The notes beneath the pieces are model-generated. The model was not told where the DNA came from and ran no database searches. It saw only the letters and a program-made list of their open reading frames with translations. From the NCBI GenBank assembly GCA_030704615.1, contig CM060733.1, positions 57,040,001 through 57,104,000 on the forward strand: 64,000 bases of DNA, given 5' to 3'. This stretch comes from Takakia lepidozioides. Its lineage: Eukaryota; Plantae; Bryophyta. Shown piece by piece: positions 36,241 through 50,110 of this stretch. Within the stretch, counting starts at the first letter, position 1. Every line of letters starts with the position of its first letter. A program made the translations under genes and the position numbers.

Positions 36241-39200
36241 ATGGCTGGAGCGTCATCTTCTAACAATCCTCCTTCTATGTCTATGACGAGTGCATTAGAT
36301 GTGAGAGTGGAAGATCGATTCAATGGAGCTAACTATCAAACCTGGAAGTTTAGGATGGAAATGGTACTTCTAGACAAAGATCTATGGGGAGTGGTTGATG
36401 GATCAGTCCCAAGACCTGACACTATTGTTGGCCAAGCCATATGGGATAGGAAAGATCAGAAAGCAAGAGCTAGCATCATCACAAGCTTGAGAGACAATCA
36501 GTTGCATCTCATTATAAGTGCTAAGAATGCTAAGGATGTTTGGGACAAGCTAGCAAGCATATATGAGACGAAGGATGTCACATCGCAAGTGTATGCGACA
36601 CAAAAGTTCTATGGTCTGAAGATGACCGAGTCAGACTCAGTTGAACAACACTTGAATTTGTTTTGTGTGTTGCGAGATCAACTAGTCTCTGTGGGAACTA
36701 ATGTGACTGATGAACACGCCGCAGTGGTGTTATTGGCAACTTACCTGAATCCTATGATGGTTTTGTGGTGTCTCTAGCAGGACAAACCAACTTAACTATT
36801 GATGTTGTCATATGACTTCTCCTCAAGGAGGAAACACGAAGAAAAGGTCAAGGTACGTCTACAGAGATAGACAGAGCTTTGTTCACAGGCAAGACTGGAG
36901 TAGTCTTGAATAGAAGACTCCCTTCACATATGTCTCAAAAGTCCCAGAGGTTTCAGAAATCTCAATCTAGCTCAAAGATCAAAAAGGCCAAAGTAAGGTG
37001 CTTTTATTGCAAGAAACTTGGTCACATGATCAAGGATTGTAGAAAGCGCATTGCAGATGAGCGCAGCAGAGAGGGTCAAGGGAACATAGCTACTCATCAG
37101 AGGAACGTTATTCTATTTGTTGTGTCTCTCTCAGCCACTACTAGACAGAAGCATGTGTGGTATGTTGATTCAGGAGCATCTCAACATATGAGTTCAGAGA
37201 GAGAGCATTTATTATCCTATAGATCTCTTTCACCTACACAATATGTTCTTTTGGGAGATGATAGCAAGCATGTCATTAGTGGGGAAGGCTCAGTCTCTCT
37301 TATGCTCAATGAAGGGGAAACCATAGAGGTGGAAAATGTCCTATATGTCTCTACTTTAACAAAGAACCTGCTGTCGGTAAGGCAAATTGTTGCAAAGGAA
37401 TACAGAGTGGTATTCCAAGATGAGAGTTGTACTATCACAGATAGCTCAGGAGCTGTGGTAGCAAAAGCTATTCTTGATAATCGCTTATATAGATTACAAC
37501 ATCATGTCTTTAGTGCTCTTACCACATTTTCACCACAGTTGGGATCTACATATGTTATGTCAGAAACAGAGTTGTGGCATAGAAGGTTAGGTCATGTGAG
37601 CATTAAGAAGTTGAGACAGATGCAACTCTCAAGCCATCTTGTGGAAGGACTACCATTGAAGGAGATGAGCGATATGCGTCTATGCAAAGGTTGCTTGGAA
37701 GGGAAGCAACATCGAGGTCAATTTCCTAAGGATGGTGGACGAAGAGCCACAAGTATATTGGAGATTGTACATTCTGATGTGTGCGGGCCAATGCAAACCA
37801 CATCACTTGGAAGAGCAAGGTACTTTGTGACATTCATTGATGATTTGTCAAGGAGGGTTGTGGTGAATCTCCTAAGGCAGAAAAGTCAAGTGCTAGAGAA
37901 ATTCAAGGAGTTCAAAGTACTTGAAGAAAAACAAACTGGAAAGCCTCTTAAGATTTTGAGATCTGACAATGGTGGTGAGTACATCTCAAAGGCTTTCAAT
38001 CAGTTTTGTCAAGAGAATTGAATAGCTCGACAGCTTACTGTTCCATATACACCTAAGCATAATGGTGTAGCTGAGCGGATGAATAGATCACTACAAGAAT
38101 CTGCAAGGAGTATGTTGAAAGAAGTGAATCTTTCAAATCATTTTTGGGCAGAAGTTGTTGGCACTGCAGCATATCTTCACAACAAATACCTACCAAATCA
38201 GTGTTGGGAAAAACACCAGAAGGTATGGAGTGGTCAGAAGCCTAGTGTGGCTCATTGTAGGATTTTTGGATGTCATGCATATGTCCATATCCCTACTCAG
38301 AAGCGAAAGAAACTTGACTCCAAATCAAAAGGATGCATCTTCATTGGCTACACAGAAGGTGTGAAGGGATATAAGTTGTTCAATAAGACAACTAAGGCTG
38401 TCAAACACAGTAGGGACGTAGTGTTTGATGAAGGCTTCATACCCTCTTTGGTAGTGGGAGAAGATGACATGGGAATGAGCTTAGAGCCATTACACCCATT
38501 TCCAAGAGGAGTCTTATGAGGAGCCAATACAAGAGATGGCTGAAGCAAATGATGGAGGTGTTCAATTTGATGGAGTTGATCAAGGAGTCGAAGTTGGTGA
38601 ACCACTTGTTGATATGGAGAGATGAAGTTGAAGATGTGCAATTCTAAGGAGATCTCAGCGGGAAAGAAAAGCTCATAGTAGGCTGATTACATCTATGAGT
38701 GAAGCTCGCCTGCTAGGAAGCGATGCGCTCTCCAGACAAACTACAATGGGAAGAAACAATCAACTCAGAGTTGGATTCATTGATGCAAAATAAAGCATGG
38801 ACACTCACTAAGTTAGCCATTGGTTGCAAGTGGATCTTCAAGTTGAAGTACAAAGCTGATGGATCTATTTACCGGTACAAAGCTCGTCTTGTAGCTAAAG
38901 GCTATGCACAAATTCAAGGAGTGGATTACAATGAAACTTTCTCACCAATGGTGAAGATTTCTTCTATCAGAGTGTTGTTAGCTCTTGCAGCTCAACGTGA
39001 TCACGAAGTTTCATCAAATGGATGTTAAGACGATATTTCGAATGGAGAACTACAAGAAGAGATCTACATGAGACCGGGTTTGTACAACGAGGAAGTGATA
39101 TTGTGTGTAAGCTGCAAAAGAGTTTGTATGGACTCAAACAAAGTCCTCGAGCTTGGTATGCCAGGATCACCTCTTAAAGGCAAGATTTGAGCGAAGCATT

Positions 39201-40253
39201 GCTGACACAAACATCTATGTGAAAAAGATGGGCGAGCAATTTGTGGTCATAACTCTATATGTGGATGACACAATCATTGTCACCAACGATCATCAAAGGT
39301 TGTTGCTAGAAACCAAAGCATTGTGAGTGCTGAGTTTGCCATGACTGACATGGGTGAGATTCGGTTCTGTCTTGGTATTCAAATCAGCAGAGATCGAGTG
39401 AACCATACAGTATTCATGCATCAACGACAATACATTGAGACAATTCTACAAAGGTTTAAGTTGGAGATGAGTAAGCCAACATCAACTCCTCTCGAAGTTG
39501 GTTTGAAACTTACGAAAGATATGGCATCTAAGACTCAAGAAGAGCAAGAAGATATGAGGAAAACTCCTTATTAAAAGCGCAGTCGGCAATTTGATGTATT
39601 GCATGGTTTGTACTAGGCCAGACATTGCACATTCAGTGGGAGTGGTCTCACAATTTCTTCAAATCCCGGACAAACCCATTGGAAAGCAGTGAAGAGGATA
39701 TTTCGATATCTAAGAGGAACATCAACCTCTGGTCTACTCTACAAGAGAGTGGAAGATCCAAGTTTGTTGGGGTTTGCTGATCCTGACTGGGCAGGAGACG
39801 TTGATAGTAAAAAATCAACTTCAGGCCATTGTTTTCTCATAGCAGGTGGAGCTGTATCTTGGTCTAGCAAACGACAAGTTGCAACAGCGTTGTCATCAAG
39901 AAGAAGCTGAATACATGTCCATTACACGAGCAGCAAAAAAGGCTATTTGGTTACGGAAGTTGCTTGGAGATTTGGATCATCTCCAATCACTACCTACGAC
40001 TCTCTATTGTGACAATCAAAGTGCGATTGCACTAAGTCAGAATCCGAAGTATCATTCAAGGACGAAACACATTGAAGTGCAACATCACTACATACGGGAA
40101 GTTGTATGCAAAGGAGAGATCAAGGTGATCTATTGTGCTACAGGAGATATGGTTGCGGATGTTTTGACGAAGAGTCTACCACAAACAAAACATATGAAAT
40201 GTTCAGCCTTACTTGGTGTCTCTTCTCCAAAGACAAACGAAGTAGCTCAATGA
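36241..40253 (+). pseudogene. Copia gag-pol polyprotein, frameshifted
   Basis: FNGANYQTWKFRM (gag), CFYCKKLGHMIKDC, WYVDSGAS (PR), WHRRLGH, HSDVCGP, LRSDNGGEY (INT), YKARLVAKG, LYVDD (RT), DWAGD, KHIEVQHH (RH). Confidence 0.95.
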
Positions 40254-40274
40254 TATGGTTTAATTGAGTGGGAG

Positions 40275-40577
40275 TGTTGGAAGTAATTAAACATATCTAG
40301 AACTAAGAGTCTTGAAGGCCAAAGGTTTAAAAGTCTAAGAGACTATCTTGTTTAACTCACTTTGGAAGGTGAATGGCTAGAAGGTGGATGGTCACCATAG
40401 TGGAAGTGGAAGTGACCAAGTAGACTTTCTAGAGACCTTCTTGCACAAGCTCGGGGGTGAAGCCACTAGTCTAAGTGTAAGAGTATGATGGTGGCTTCTA
40501 TGGTTGGGAGGAGAGCTTTAGTCTTAGCTTTAGTCTAAGACTTTAGTTCTTGTTTATGTTCTTGCTCAATTCTAACA
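40275..40577 (+). repeat. 3' LTR (303 bp), preceded by PPT tgagtgggag
   Basis: Direct repeat of 35873-36179. Confidence 0.95.
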
Positions 40578-41237
40578 AAAACCACACCAACCATCAAAGG
40601 ATGTTGCATTCGTTTCAAATTTTCCACAACCCACAATGAGGCCACAACGACTTACAAAATCCTCTTTGATCCTTGACGAAAGGGATTGTATAAGCTATTC
40701 ATTGGACACACAACCATCAACAAGGCAAAGCATTTACGGTCCTGAAAACTGTGCCTAAAGCTAAGCATCATGTAGAGGCAGTCGTTGTGTGGCTTAGCCG
40801 TCTCCCTTCTTGCTCTAGTGATCTATGAGCGACAGGAGCTCATCATACGGGCTGCCCCTACATCAGCCACATGCCGGTCGGTTGAGAATTCTCCCTTCTT
40901 CCTTGAGGGCTGAAGTCTTGCTGAAGTCATGACATGTACACCTGGAGGCCGGTGCAGGAACCCCCCTCCTCCCTGTTGAGAATGTGCACCGGTGGTGCCA
41001 GATGAAGCTAGGACATTGCGATGAGATTAATACTATTAACGTCGTGTAGCTGGGACACCTCGATAGGAATATCAATCTGCGGCATAAAATAGGACAAGCA
41101 CAGATTCAGATTCACAGTGACAACATTGTGGAGATCACCCAAGTGACCATCTACCATAAACAAGTTCTCACCGTTTCTGGACATCTAGCTCACTTCTGTC
41201 TCTATCAATTTGTACACAATAATAGACATCCAGCTAA

Positions 41238-41940
41238 CCAGATTGATATTAAATAGATTGAACTGATCCGTGCAGACGTAGCTGCAGCCGCCTGCATCTC
41301 ATTGTAGCAAAGGAGACGGGCAAATAGTGGTGGAGGGATGAGACACAGCGATGGGAGGGAAATGCTTAGAGTACTGTCATGTCCACCGCTGCTTTGACAC
41401 TGCTTTGACAGCTCTGGTGTACCCTGAAAGTGTGCTCACCAGATTGATAATAATAGATTGAACTGATCTGTGTCGCTGCAGCCGCCTGCATCTCAATGGA
41501 GACGTGCAAATAGTGGTGGAGGGATGAGACACGTCGATGGGAGGGAAATGCTTAGAGTACTGTCATGTCCACGGCTGCTTTGACAGCTCTGGTGTAGCCT
41601 GAAAGTTTGCTCACCAGATTGATATTAATAGATTGAACTGATCCGTGTCGTTGCAGCCGCCTGCATCTCAATGGAGACGTGCAATGGTGGAGGGATGAGA
41701 CACGTCGATGGGAGGGAAATGCTTAGAGTACTGTCATTTCCACAGCTGTTTTGACAGCTCTGGTGTAGCCTGAAAGTGTGCTCACCATATTGATATTAAT
41801 AGATTGAACTGATCTGTGTCGCTACAGCCGCCTGCATATCAAAGGAGACGTACAAATAGTGGTGGAGGGATGAGACACGGCGATGGTGCTTAGAGTACTG
41901 TCATGTCCACCGCTGCTTTTGAAAGCTCTGTTGTAGCCTG
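41238..41940. repeat. ~175-bp tandem repeat, 4 copies
   Basis: accagattgatattaatagattgaactgatc...gcttagagtactgtcatgtccac...ctctggtgtagcctg at ~41238, 41438, 41613 and 41784. Confidence 0.95.
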
Positions 41941-42809
41941 CAGTCTGCGGCACCGACCAAGATGGTGACGTTCGGCAGAGCCACGATCAGCACCGCTGGT
42001 TTGTCGGTTAGCTGCTCGGTACTTGCGCATAGCACAATTCGCCATCGAATCCGCATATGCGAAGTTTCCCAGTCTTGCTCGGCTTCAGTTTCTGTTGGAA
42101 TGGTAATTACATATCCTTAAAAGAAATCATCTGAATGAGCTTAAGATATATACCGTACAGAGATATATCACTGTAAGTTTGTTTTCAATGTGCAGTAAAG
42201 TAAGAATCAATGGGACTCACATCATGAGCCCCCTACAAAATCTATGATATTTATGAATCTTAAGATAAATATGGAGAGTTCTACTTAAGATTAATAGCAT
42301 CGATCGATTAAATTTGTTTTGAATAGCAATTGAGGTAAAGTGCAAACAAAATCTGTGTGTTCCTCATTGCTCAGGCTGCCAGCTCCCTGCCTTCTGTTTA
42401 ATGGGCATCTAAAATATTTAGCACATGTTCCATGCACTGAGATCGAAAGAGGTTCTGGTTCCAGCAACTGCCTTATAAGGTACAGTTATTCACATCATAG
42501 AGGAGTGGCCATGAAGAAGCCAAAATGCCTAATTTGATTTCCCGTACAACAACGTTAACCTTAAGGTTCCTCATATAAGTTAAGAAGGATGTTAAAAAAT
42601 ATATTTTGCTCCAGACAGTGTCTTATTATAATTACTGGTCTAAAGATAGAATATGGGGTCCAACTAGCTAAAACTGGTAAGTTGGTCACAAACTAAATTA
42701 AATGAAGTAGAACAGGAAGGTTAGTAGTTTCTCCTGTAGCTAGTCACAGAGTGCCAGCTTCTCTGTCCCCATATAAGATGATCTCTCGTTGAGGACACCG
42801 GTAATGAGT

Positions 42810-43480
42810 GGGAGAAGGGAGGGGGCGCGTTCCACCAGGTGTGCACATGTCATGACTTGCCTGCATGACTAGCAGCTCTTCTCGCGGCTCTTTGATTTCA
42901 AGGAAGAAGGGAGAATACTCAATTGAACGGTGTGCAGTGCTGATGACGTAGGGCGCACAGCCCGTATGACGAGTTCTTATCGCTCATGGACTTTAAGGAA
43001 GAAGGGAGACGGTTAAACCACACAGCCACTGTCTCTAAATGATGCTTAGTTTTCCATAAATGCTTTCCTTGTTGATGGTTGTGTGGCTCAATCAATAGCT
43101 TGTAGTCCCTTTTGTCAAGGATTGCGAGCGCCTTTCTGGAGATTATGAATTCCCCGGACAACTTATAAGACTCTTATAAGTTGTCGCTGGAAATACGTAG
43201 TCTCCAGAAAGGAGCATATTGACCCGGACAGATGAGGGACAGACCGGCTAATGTGTGGGTTTTGTGGGGGCGGTATTGATGGCGGGTTTGAATTAACTCT
43301 AGACTTGTCCAGACTCTCACAGGCTCAGTTTAGATACGTACAAGACTGTTATAGATCTAAATGAAAATGAATGATATGAGTGAGATCACATGCATGCTTA
43401 TCGAAGCCACACTACATTTGCTTATCTTGTTCTAAAGATGTCACCGGTGGATCGATATTATCCAATTCATTTTCATGTGA
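42810..43480 (-). repeat. Diverged inverted copy of 35530-35770 plus 40665-40980
   Basis: For example cacacaaccatcaacaagg, ccgtctcccttctt, catacgggctg and gagagtctg(a/g)acaagtcta appear reverse-complemented here. Confidence 0.85.
43131..43212. repeat. 82-bp palindrome
   Basis: cctttctggaga/tctccagaaagg outer stem and a perfect gacaacttataaga-c-tcttataagttgtc inner stem. Confidence 0.9.
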
Positions 43481-44356
43481 CAGGGATATCCACTGAATTA
43501 GAGGGACATTTCAGTATATTGAGGAGCGAGTCCCGATGCTAATCACTAGGAAAGCTATCCAGGTGCAGAAATTAGTTTGCTGGATGTTGAGGGTGTTGTG
43601 TGCACCTGGTAGTGGACTCCAGATGAGGTTTAATGATGAGATTCGTCATCTCAGTGCAGCTTGAACGTCCTTACTCCCCTGACCTGTTCATTTCTAGCTA
43701 GTGAAGGGGCAGGTCTTCTAGTCTTGTTTGTAGAATCTCCTCTGCACAGCTTGTAAGCCTCATCAGATTGTGGAGAGTCCTGAGGCTTCCTGCAGGCCTA
43801 ACAGAGACGACAACCACTTAATTAAATAAGACACCTTAAGCCTCCTGGCTCTGGCACATATACGCAGCTGGTGCTCTCTCCGCTGAGGATGGATCCTGGG
43901 TATGTCCATCAGTAATAAAACTCCCCATCCTACCTCTTTTGCTCATCGGTCCCGCTTTATGTCCCTGGATCTGTATGTGTTATATGTCACTCTGCTGGTC
44001 TGCTCTCCTCTGCCTGTCTTCATTCCGGCTGGTCTCCTCTTCTAATTTATTGTAGTGTCTTCCCTGGGGCCACAATAATTAAACTCTCAATCCTAGCACT
44101 ACCTATTTTTCTCATACATCTCTCTCTATTTGTCCCTAGATCTGTATGTGTATGTAAGTATGCTCTTCCTCTGCCACCTTGCTCTCAATCTTGTTTATCT
44201 ATATGGATCAGTGAAATTTGAGAAACTGATTGAACATCTCATGGTAGGTAAAGTTATGTTGAAATGCTACAAAAACGATTAACAAAGAATGCACTCATAT
44301 GCAGGAGCTTTGTCTTTTGCTTAAGATCAGTCGTAGAAGCACACTAGTGCATTACA

Positions 44357-47300
44357 TGTTCAACAAGAAGACAACAACACTATGCTAATCTATAGACTAT
44401 GTAGATCCCACCAGCGGAGCATGTAGGGAAAAATCCCCGTTCAAAATAGGTGGTCCAAGTGAAAGACAAGTGTCACTAGCTAAGTCATCTACTTGGACAG
44501 CCTGGACATATATCAGGGAGTAAACACTAACACTAATCCTGAGATGAATCTACTTGAATAACACTATGTCAGTGTAAATTCTCAACACTCCCACTCACTG
44601 GCTGCATGTGTTCATTGTAAGTAGAAATAATCTATCTCCTTTACTCCCACTCAGTATCTGCATACTCCCACTCAGTGTCTGCAGACAATGTTCAAGAGGC
44701 TGCGAAGACGATGAAACTTATCCGCTGGAAGTGGTTTTGTGAGAATATCGGCAAGTTGGTCAAGGGTATTGACATAACTCATCTGAATGTCTCCCCGACC
44801 ATGGAAATCTCATAGCATATGGTACTGCACATCGATGTGCTTAGTACGACGATGAAATTCAGGATTTTGCACAAGACGTATAGCACTCTGATTGTCACTG
44901 TGCAACACCGTGGGGCTATCCTGCTGATACACCCCATGTCCTGTAAGAAGTCTACGAATCCAGACAACCTCTTTTGCCGTTAAACATGCTGCAACATACT
45001 CTGATTCGGTAGTGGATGATGCTGTACAAGCTTGCTTTCTACTCATCCAGGAAATTGGTCCATGGTTGAGAAAAATGATGCACCCCATGTCCTGAAGAAG
45101 TCTACGAATCCAGACAACCTCTTTTGCCGTTAAATATGCTGCAATATACTCTGATTCGGTAGTGGATGATGTTGTACAAGCTTGCTTTCTACTCATCCAG
45201 GAAATTGGTCCATGGTTGAGAAAAATGATGCACCCACTCCTGGACTTCTTGTCATCACTATCTCCAGCATAATCAGCATCTGCGTATGCAGAAAGAGTAT
45301 TTGATCCTTCTCCTCCTGTATAACATAAAGAGTAGTTTGCAGAGCCTCGAAGGTATTTAAAAATACGCTTGACAGCTGTACAATGAATCCGTGTAGGATT
45401 TTGTACAAACTTTGCAACTGTACTGACTGCATAGACTATGTCAGGCCTCGATCCAAACATAGCAAACATCGGGCTACCAACTGCAGCTTGATAGGGAAAA
45501 TCTTCTTCTCTCTCTGCAGTATCGTTGTCTCAGGGAAACTGTAAGTGCACATTAGGGTCAGCCGGTGTTGATACAGGATGTGCATCTGTAAAGCCAAACT
45601 TGGCTAAAATCTTTAGAATGTAGTGTAGTTGATCGATGTAGATCATCCTCAGTTCCCTGTTGCGTGTGATGTGAAGCCCAACGTAACAATCTGCATCTCC
45701 TGTTGTTACCTCAAAAACTTGGTTCAAATAATCAACCATGTCTATGAGTTCATTTTTGTCTGCTGCACTCCCCAGCCCATCATCTACAAATATTGTTGTG
45801 ACAAGCTTATGAGGATTGGGACGATAGTAGATGCATGAATCGGCAGAACTTAACTGTAATCCATATTTCACCAGGAGATTGTCGAACTTCGTATTCCACG
45901 CTCGAGATGCTTGCTTTAACCCATACAAACTCTTAAGTAACCTGCACACTTTAGTTTCCTGGCCAGGTACCAAGAATCCTTCAGGTTGCTCCATGAATAT
46001 CTCCTCGTTCAGATCTCCATGCAAGAAAGCAGTCTTTATGTCGAACTGCACTATTTTCAAATCATCTGCTGCTATTATGGACAGCAGGGGTCCTGATGGA
46101 ATCGTACTTTGCCACGGGGGCAAAAGTCTCATCGTAATCCACCCCATACTGTTGTGAATATCCCTTTGCCACAACACGAGCCTTGAACTTATCAACAGTT
46201 CCATCTGACTTGGATTTGATTTTAAATATCCACTTGCACTTGATAGCAGCTCTTCCTTCCGGTAGGTTTTCCAATTTCCAAGTAGAATTCTTGAGCAGTG
46301 ACTGGAATTCGTCATTCATGGCGGCTTGTCATTTCTTCCTCTTCGGAGACATCATGGCTCCCTGGTAAGTCATTGGTTCATTAGGAAGTAGAACAAAATT
46401 TGTCATTCTTGCGAATGATGGGTGATTGCTGATCCAGTCACCATATCTTTGTGGTGGATTTTGAGGTCGACATGCAACTTCTGTACACGCAGCTTCTGTA
46501 CGTTCTTCGACACCTTCCAAGACTACCTCAAGTCCATGTATAGGTACCATCGGTGCTTGCATATTTTCTTCTGCCAGTACAATACTGTCAGGTCCAGGAA
46601 GAACATATTCATCATGCTCGTCATGCTCACCATGCTCTTCACACATTATCACATGATCATCATGAATCTCTGGTATAATAACACTTGATCCTTCAGCAGC
46701 AGACTCTTGTTCATGTAGTACCTCTGGGATTGACATTTCGTCAAACAAGACATCTCTAGTAACTACAATCTTCTTGTGCTCAATGTCCCATAGTCGATAC
46801 GCCTTTGACTCTTTGTCAAATACCCTCATATGGCCAATATCTTGCTTCTCTCCGCACCATGCCTCAAGTGGAGTCATGTTATCAAAAATTCTTATTCCTG
46901 TGCGATTCAGCACATACACTGCAGTATGAATAGCTTCTGCCCAAAGCTTAGGGTCTACATTTTTTGAAAGCATCATACATCTCACACTCTCCACAATTGT
47001 TCTATTGTCCCTTTCTACTACACCATTTTGCTCTGGTGTGTAGGGAGCAGTGAGTTCCTATCGTATCCCATGCTCTTCCAGAAGTGCTTTGAGTTTGTTT
47101 GACATAAACTCTCCGCCTCTATCACTTTGTAGCTTCTTTATGTCATTTCCAGTCTCTCTCTTAGACTCTGTAATTAGCTGCTTGAAAGATTCATATACTT
47201 CACTGTTGTGCTTCACACAATATAGCACTCTGTAACTGCTATGATCAACTTTGAAGAGTATGAAGTGCCTTGCTCCTCCTAGAGAAGTGAGATTCATTGT

Positions 47301-47545
47301 GCACACGTCAGCATGATAAAACTCTCCCGGTACCTGAGATCTTTTTCTGGTTTGGTTCACCGGAAATGGTTGGATGAATCTTTCCTAACGCACAGCCTTC
47401 GCAGAAAGGAAGTTGAGACTCTAGATCACTTATCAGCATACCTCCCACTACTTGTGATTTTTCCATTCCTTTAATCATCCCTTCACTGATATGTCCCAGG
47501 CGGTCATGCCAAACCTTCAAAGAAACTCCTTTTTCGGGTTCTTCA
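44357..47545 (-). mobile_element. Second Ty1/Copia element, 5' truncated (INT-RT-RH plus 3' LTR)
   Basis: WHDRLGH, LQSDRGGEF, FKARVVAKG, QFDIKTAFLHG, IFVDDG, DADYAGD, KHIDVQYH. PPT at 44588-44597 and TG...CA LTR at 44357-44587. Cut at ~47545. Confidence 0.93.
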
Positions 47546-47549
47546 TGGC

Positions 47550-48946
47550 ATGCCGGCAAAGAAGGGAGTGGCTACAAAAAGAGATTCTCTCGGTGTTAGA
47601 AAGGAGCTTGAGAAGCAGGGTCGCATGCGCCATCTATGGGCCAAACAAAATGGAGTGGACCCAAATAGTGTTGTACAGTGGAAGTATATGCGCGCACCTT
47701 GGCAATGGATAAAGGAAGAATACAAGAAAGTGATAGCCACCATAAGTGCTGTCCGAACACCAACTGGTTATGGGTCATCCCTCCGTACGAAGTTCAGCGA
47801 AGAAGACGGGGTCCATGATTTGAAGTCTCATGACTACCACAATCTATTGCAAGACATCTTGCCCATTGCAGTACGTGGGACATTGACTCCCGAGGTTCGT
47901 GAGACAATCTATAGATTGGGAGGCTTGTTCCGGTGGATTTGCTCCAAAGAGTTGGAAGAAGCAGATTTTCCACGCATAAAGAAGGAGGCGGCGGAGGTAA
48001 TGTGTATGTTGGGATGCACCTTCCTCCCTCCTTCTTTGACATCCAAGTGCACTTGGTAGTATACTTAGTGGAAGAGGCTTCGATTGCCGGCCCCGTTCAT
48101 TCTCGGTGGATGTACTTCCTTGAGCGTTATATGAAGACTTTGAAAGGATTTGTAAGACAAATGGCGCACCCAGAGGGTAGCATGACGGAGGGATATACGT
48201 TGCAAGAAGCTATGTTCTATTGCACGGAGTACATGACAAGAGTGGATGAGGAAGCCTCTTGGATGTGGAAGGAAGAGGAGGATGCACGAACCAATGACAT
48301 CGTTTTGCCCAAAAAATCGAAGAGGGTAAAATTGCCGACCTTGGTGACTGAGCAAGCGCATGACTTCATACTGAAGAACACCCCATCCATACATGAGTGG
48401 GAGGCAAGATACAATAATCTTGTTCAACAACCAGAGGAGGAGACGCTTGCATGGAGGCGGAGCCATCCAAGGCCGGTTACTAGACGCCCACGACGAGGAG
48501 CGAGCCGCCGGAATGTTCCTTCACAAAATTTGCCCATGGAATTGCAGCCTCTAAGTTCATTCCAACAGTGGCTTCGGACTTCAGTTTATGACGTTGTTGC
48601 TCAAGGAGAGGTGGTTTCAGATTTGGTGCAAGACATTGCAAGGGGGCCCTCTCAATTCGCGACCTCATACACGGCGGTTTGGGTTCACGGTTGTCATTTC
48701 CGCATTCGTGCTCTTGACATGAAGCGCAAAACAACATTTGATTCTGGTTTGTGTGCCATATATTGGCAAGACTCCGTGTGGGGCAAGGGAGATACACGAC
48801 CTGCTATGAGCAAATTTGAGTACATTGGAGAGCTTGAGAGCATACTTCAACTTCAGTATACAAGGTACCGGCCTCTTCTCTTCAAGGGAAGGTGGTTCCA
48901 GCCACATCTTGTGGGGCCCTCCGCAACACTAGTGCCAGATGATTGT
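47550..48946 (+). mobile_element. CACTA/EnSpm transposase (TnpD, DUF4218-DUF4216 region) fragment
   Basis: RTPTGYGS, LKSHDYHNLLQ..LP, PPSFFDIQVHL...L.EEA...GPVHSRWMYFLERYMKTLKG.V....PEGSM.EGY. Frameshift near 48010. Confidence 0.92.
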
Positions 48947-50100
48947 TGTCATGGTTTTAGTCATGGTTAACTAGAATCACCTACTTCTAGTTAACTAGGA
49001 CATTTTGGATATTTATATTTGTATTTTGTGTGTTGGGACTTCATTTGGTCTCACATGCCAAGTGAGGTGTCAAACTCACTTGGGACATGGGGGATGGGTT
49101 TTCCCCTTGTGAGTGTTGAGGAGGGCTCATCTTCTTGTAGTTGAGCCTCCATAAGCCTCTCCCACCTCCATAGCTCTAGGTATTGAGAGGGAGTGTGGTG
49201 AGGGCTTTGTAGGATAGATTCCTTTAGCAAAGGTGCCATTGGCTTGACTTAGTTTATGTGATTGAGTGGATTCATGAGTGGAGTGTTTCTATCGTGTTTT
49301 CACTTCCATTATCACTACAAAAAGATCACCTTATGCTTGTGAGTGCGGAGTGTAAGGGTTAGTTTAGCACTTGTGTGTTGGAGAGAGCTTGGTAGAGAGC
49401 TCTTGTGTTGCAAGGTGTTGCAGGTGTTGCAAAGGAAAATCTTTGTGACGTGGAGAACATGGATGTTAGGGTTTGAGAAGCATTACTTTGCTCTATAGAG
49501 GTGGAGAGCTTAAGGAGAGAGCTCTTGTATCACAAAGCTTGCATGGTTTTGCAAGGTAAGTGCTTGTATGTGCACTAAGGGTTTGAGAGCTTGGAAAAGA
49601 GCTATTGCATCACAAGAGAAGCGTCTTGTGTGTGGAGAAGATAGACACTAGGGTTTCAAAAGCAAGCTCTAGTACTTGTTCATGGTGTGAAAGAGAAGCC
49701 AAAGAGCGGCACATGCTTGGGTTGGAATAGAAGGAGTACAACAAGGGTAGCTTGAGGAGCATTGAGTAGCTCAAGAGAAGCTAAGAAGTGATGTTCTATC
49801 CATGGTGAAATGAAGCCAAGTGGGGTTTTATTTTGTTGACAAACAAGCAAGCAAAGGTGGCGCTAGAAAGGAATGCTTTTGCTAGTTCTATAAGTTCTTG
49901 GATTGCTCTTGGTGAAGCAAGTGATTGACCAAGCAAGTGACGCATGTGTGGAGCATGCTTTCCAAGTGTGGCTTCCAATTCAAGCTTGAGGAGAGCTAGA
50001 AGGTGAAGTGAGCAAGTTCATTCTTTGTGTATGAGGTGGTGCATGTTGTGGAAGAAAAGCCAAGGAGCTACATAGGCTAGGGCTTGAAGACAACAAAAGC
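48947..50100. mobile_element. Putative LTR-retrotransposon non-coding fragment interrupting the CACTA
   Basis: Begins tgtcatgg exactly where TnpD homology ends, with a small palindrome gttaactagaa/ttctagttaac. No partner LTR or TSD found. Confidence 0.4.
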
Positions 50101-50110
50101 AACCACTTGC

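Larger units (their letters stand above)
35873..40577 (+). mobile_element. Full-length Ty1/Copia LTR retrotransposon
   Basis: TG...CA LTRs at 35873-36179 and 40275-40577, 5-bp TSD AAAAC on both sides, PBS and PPT, gag-PR-INT-RT-RH order. Confidence 0.97.
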
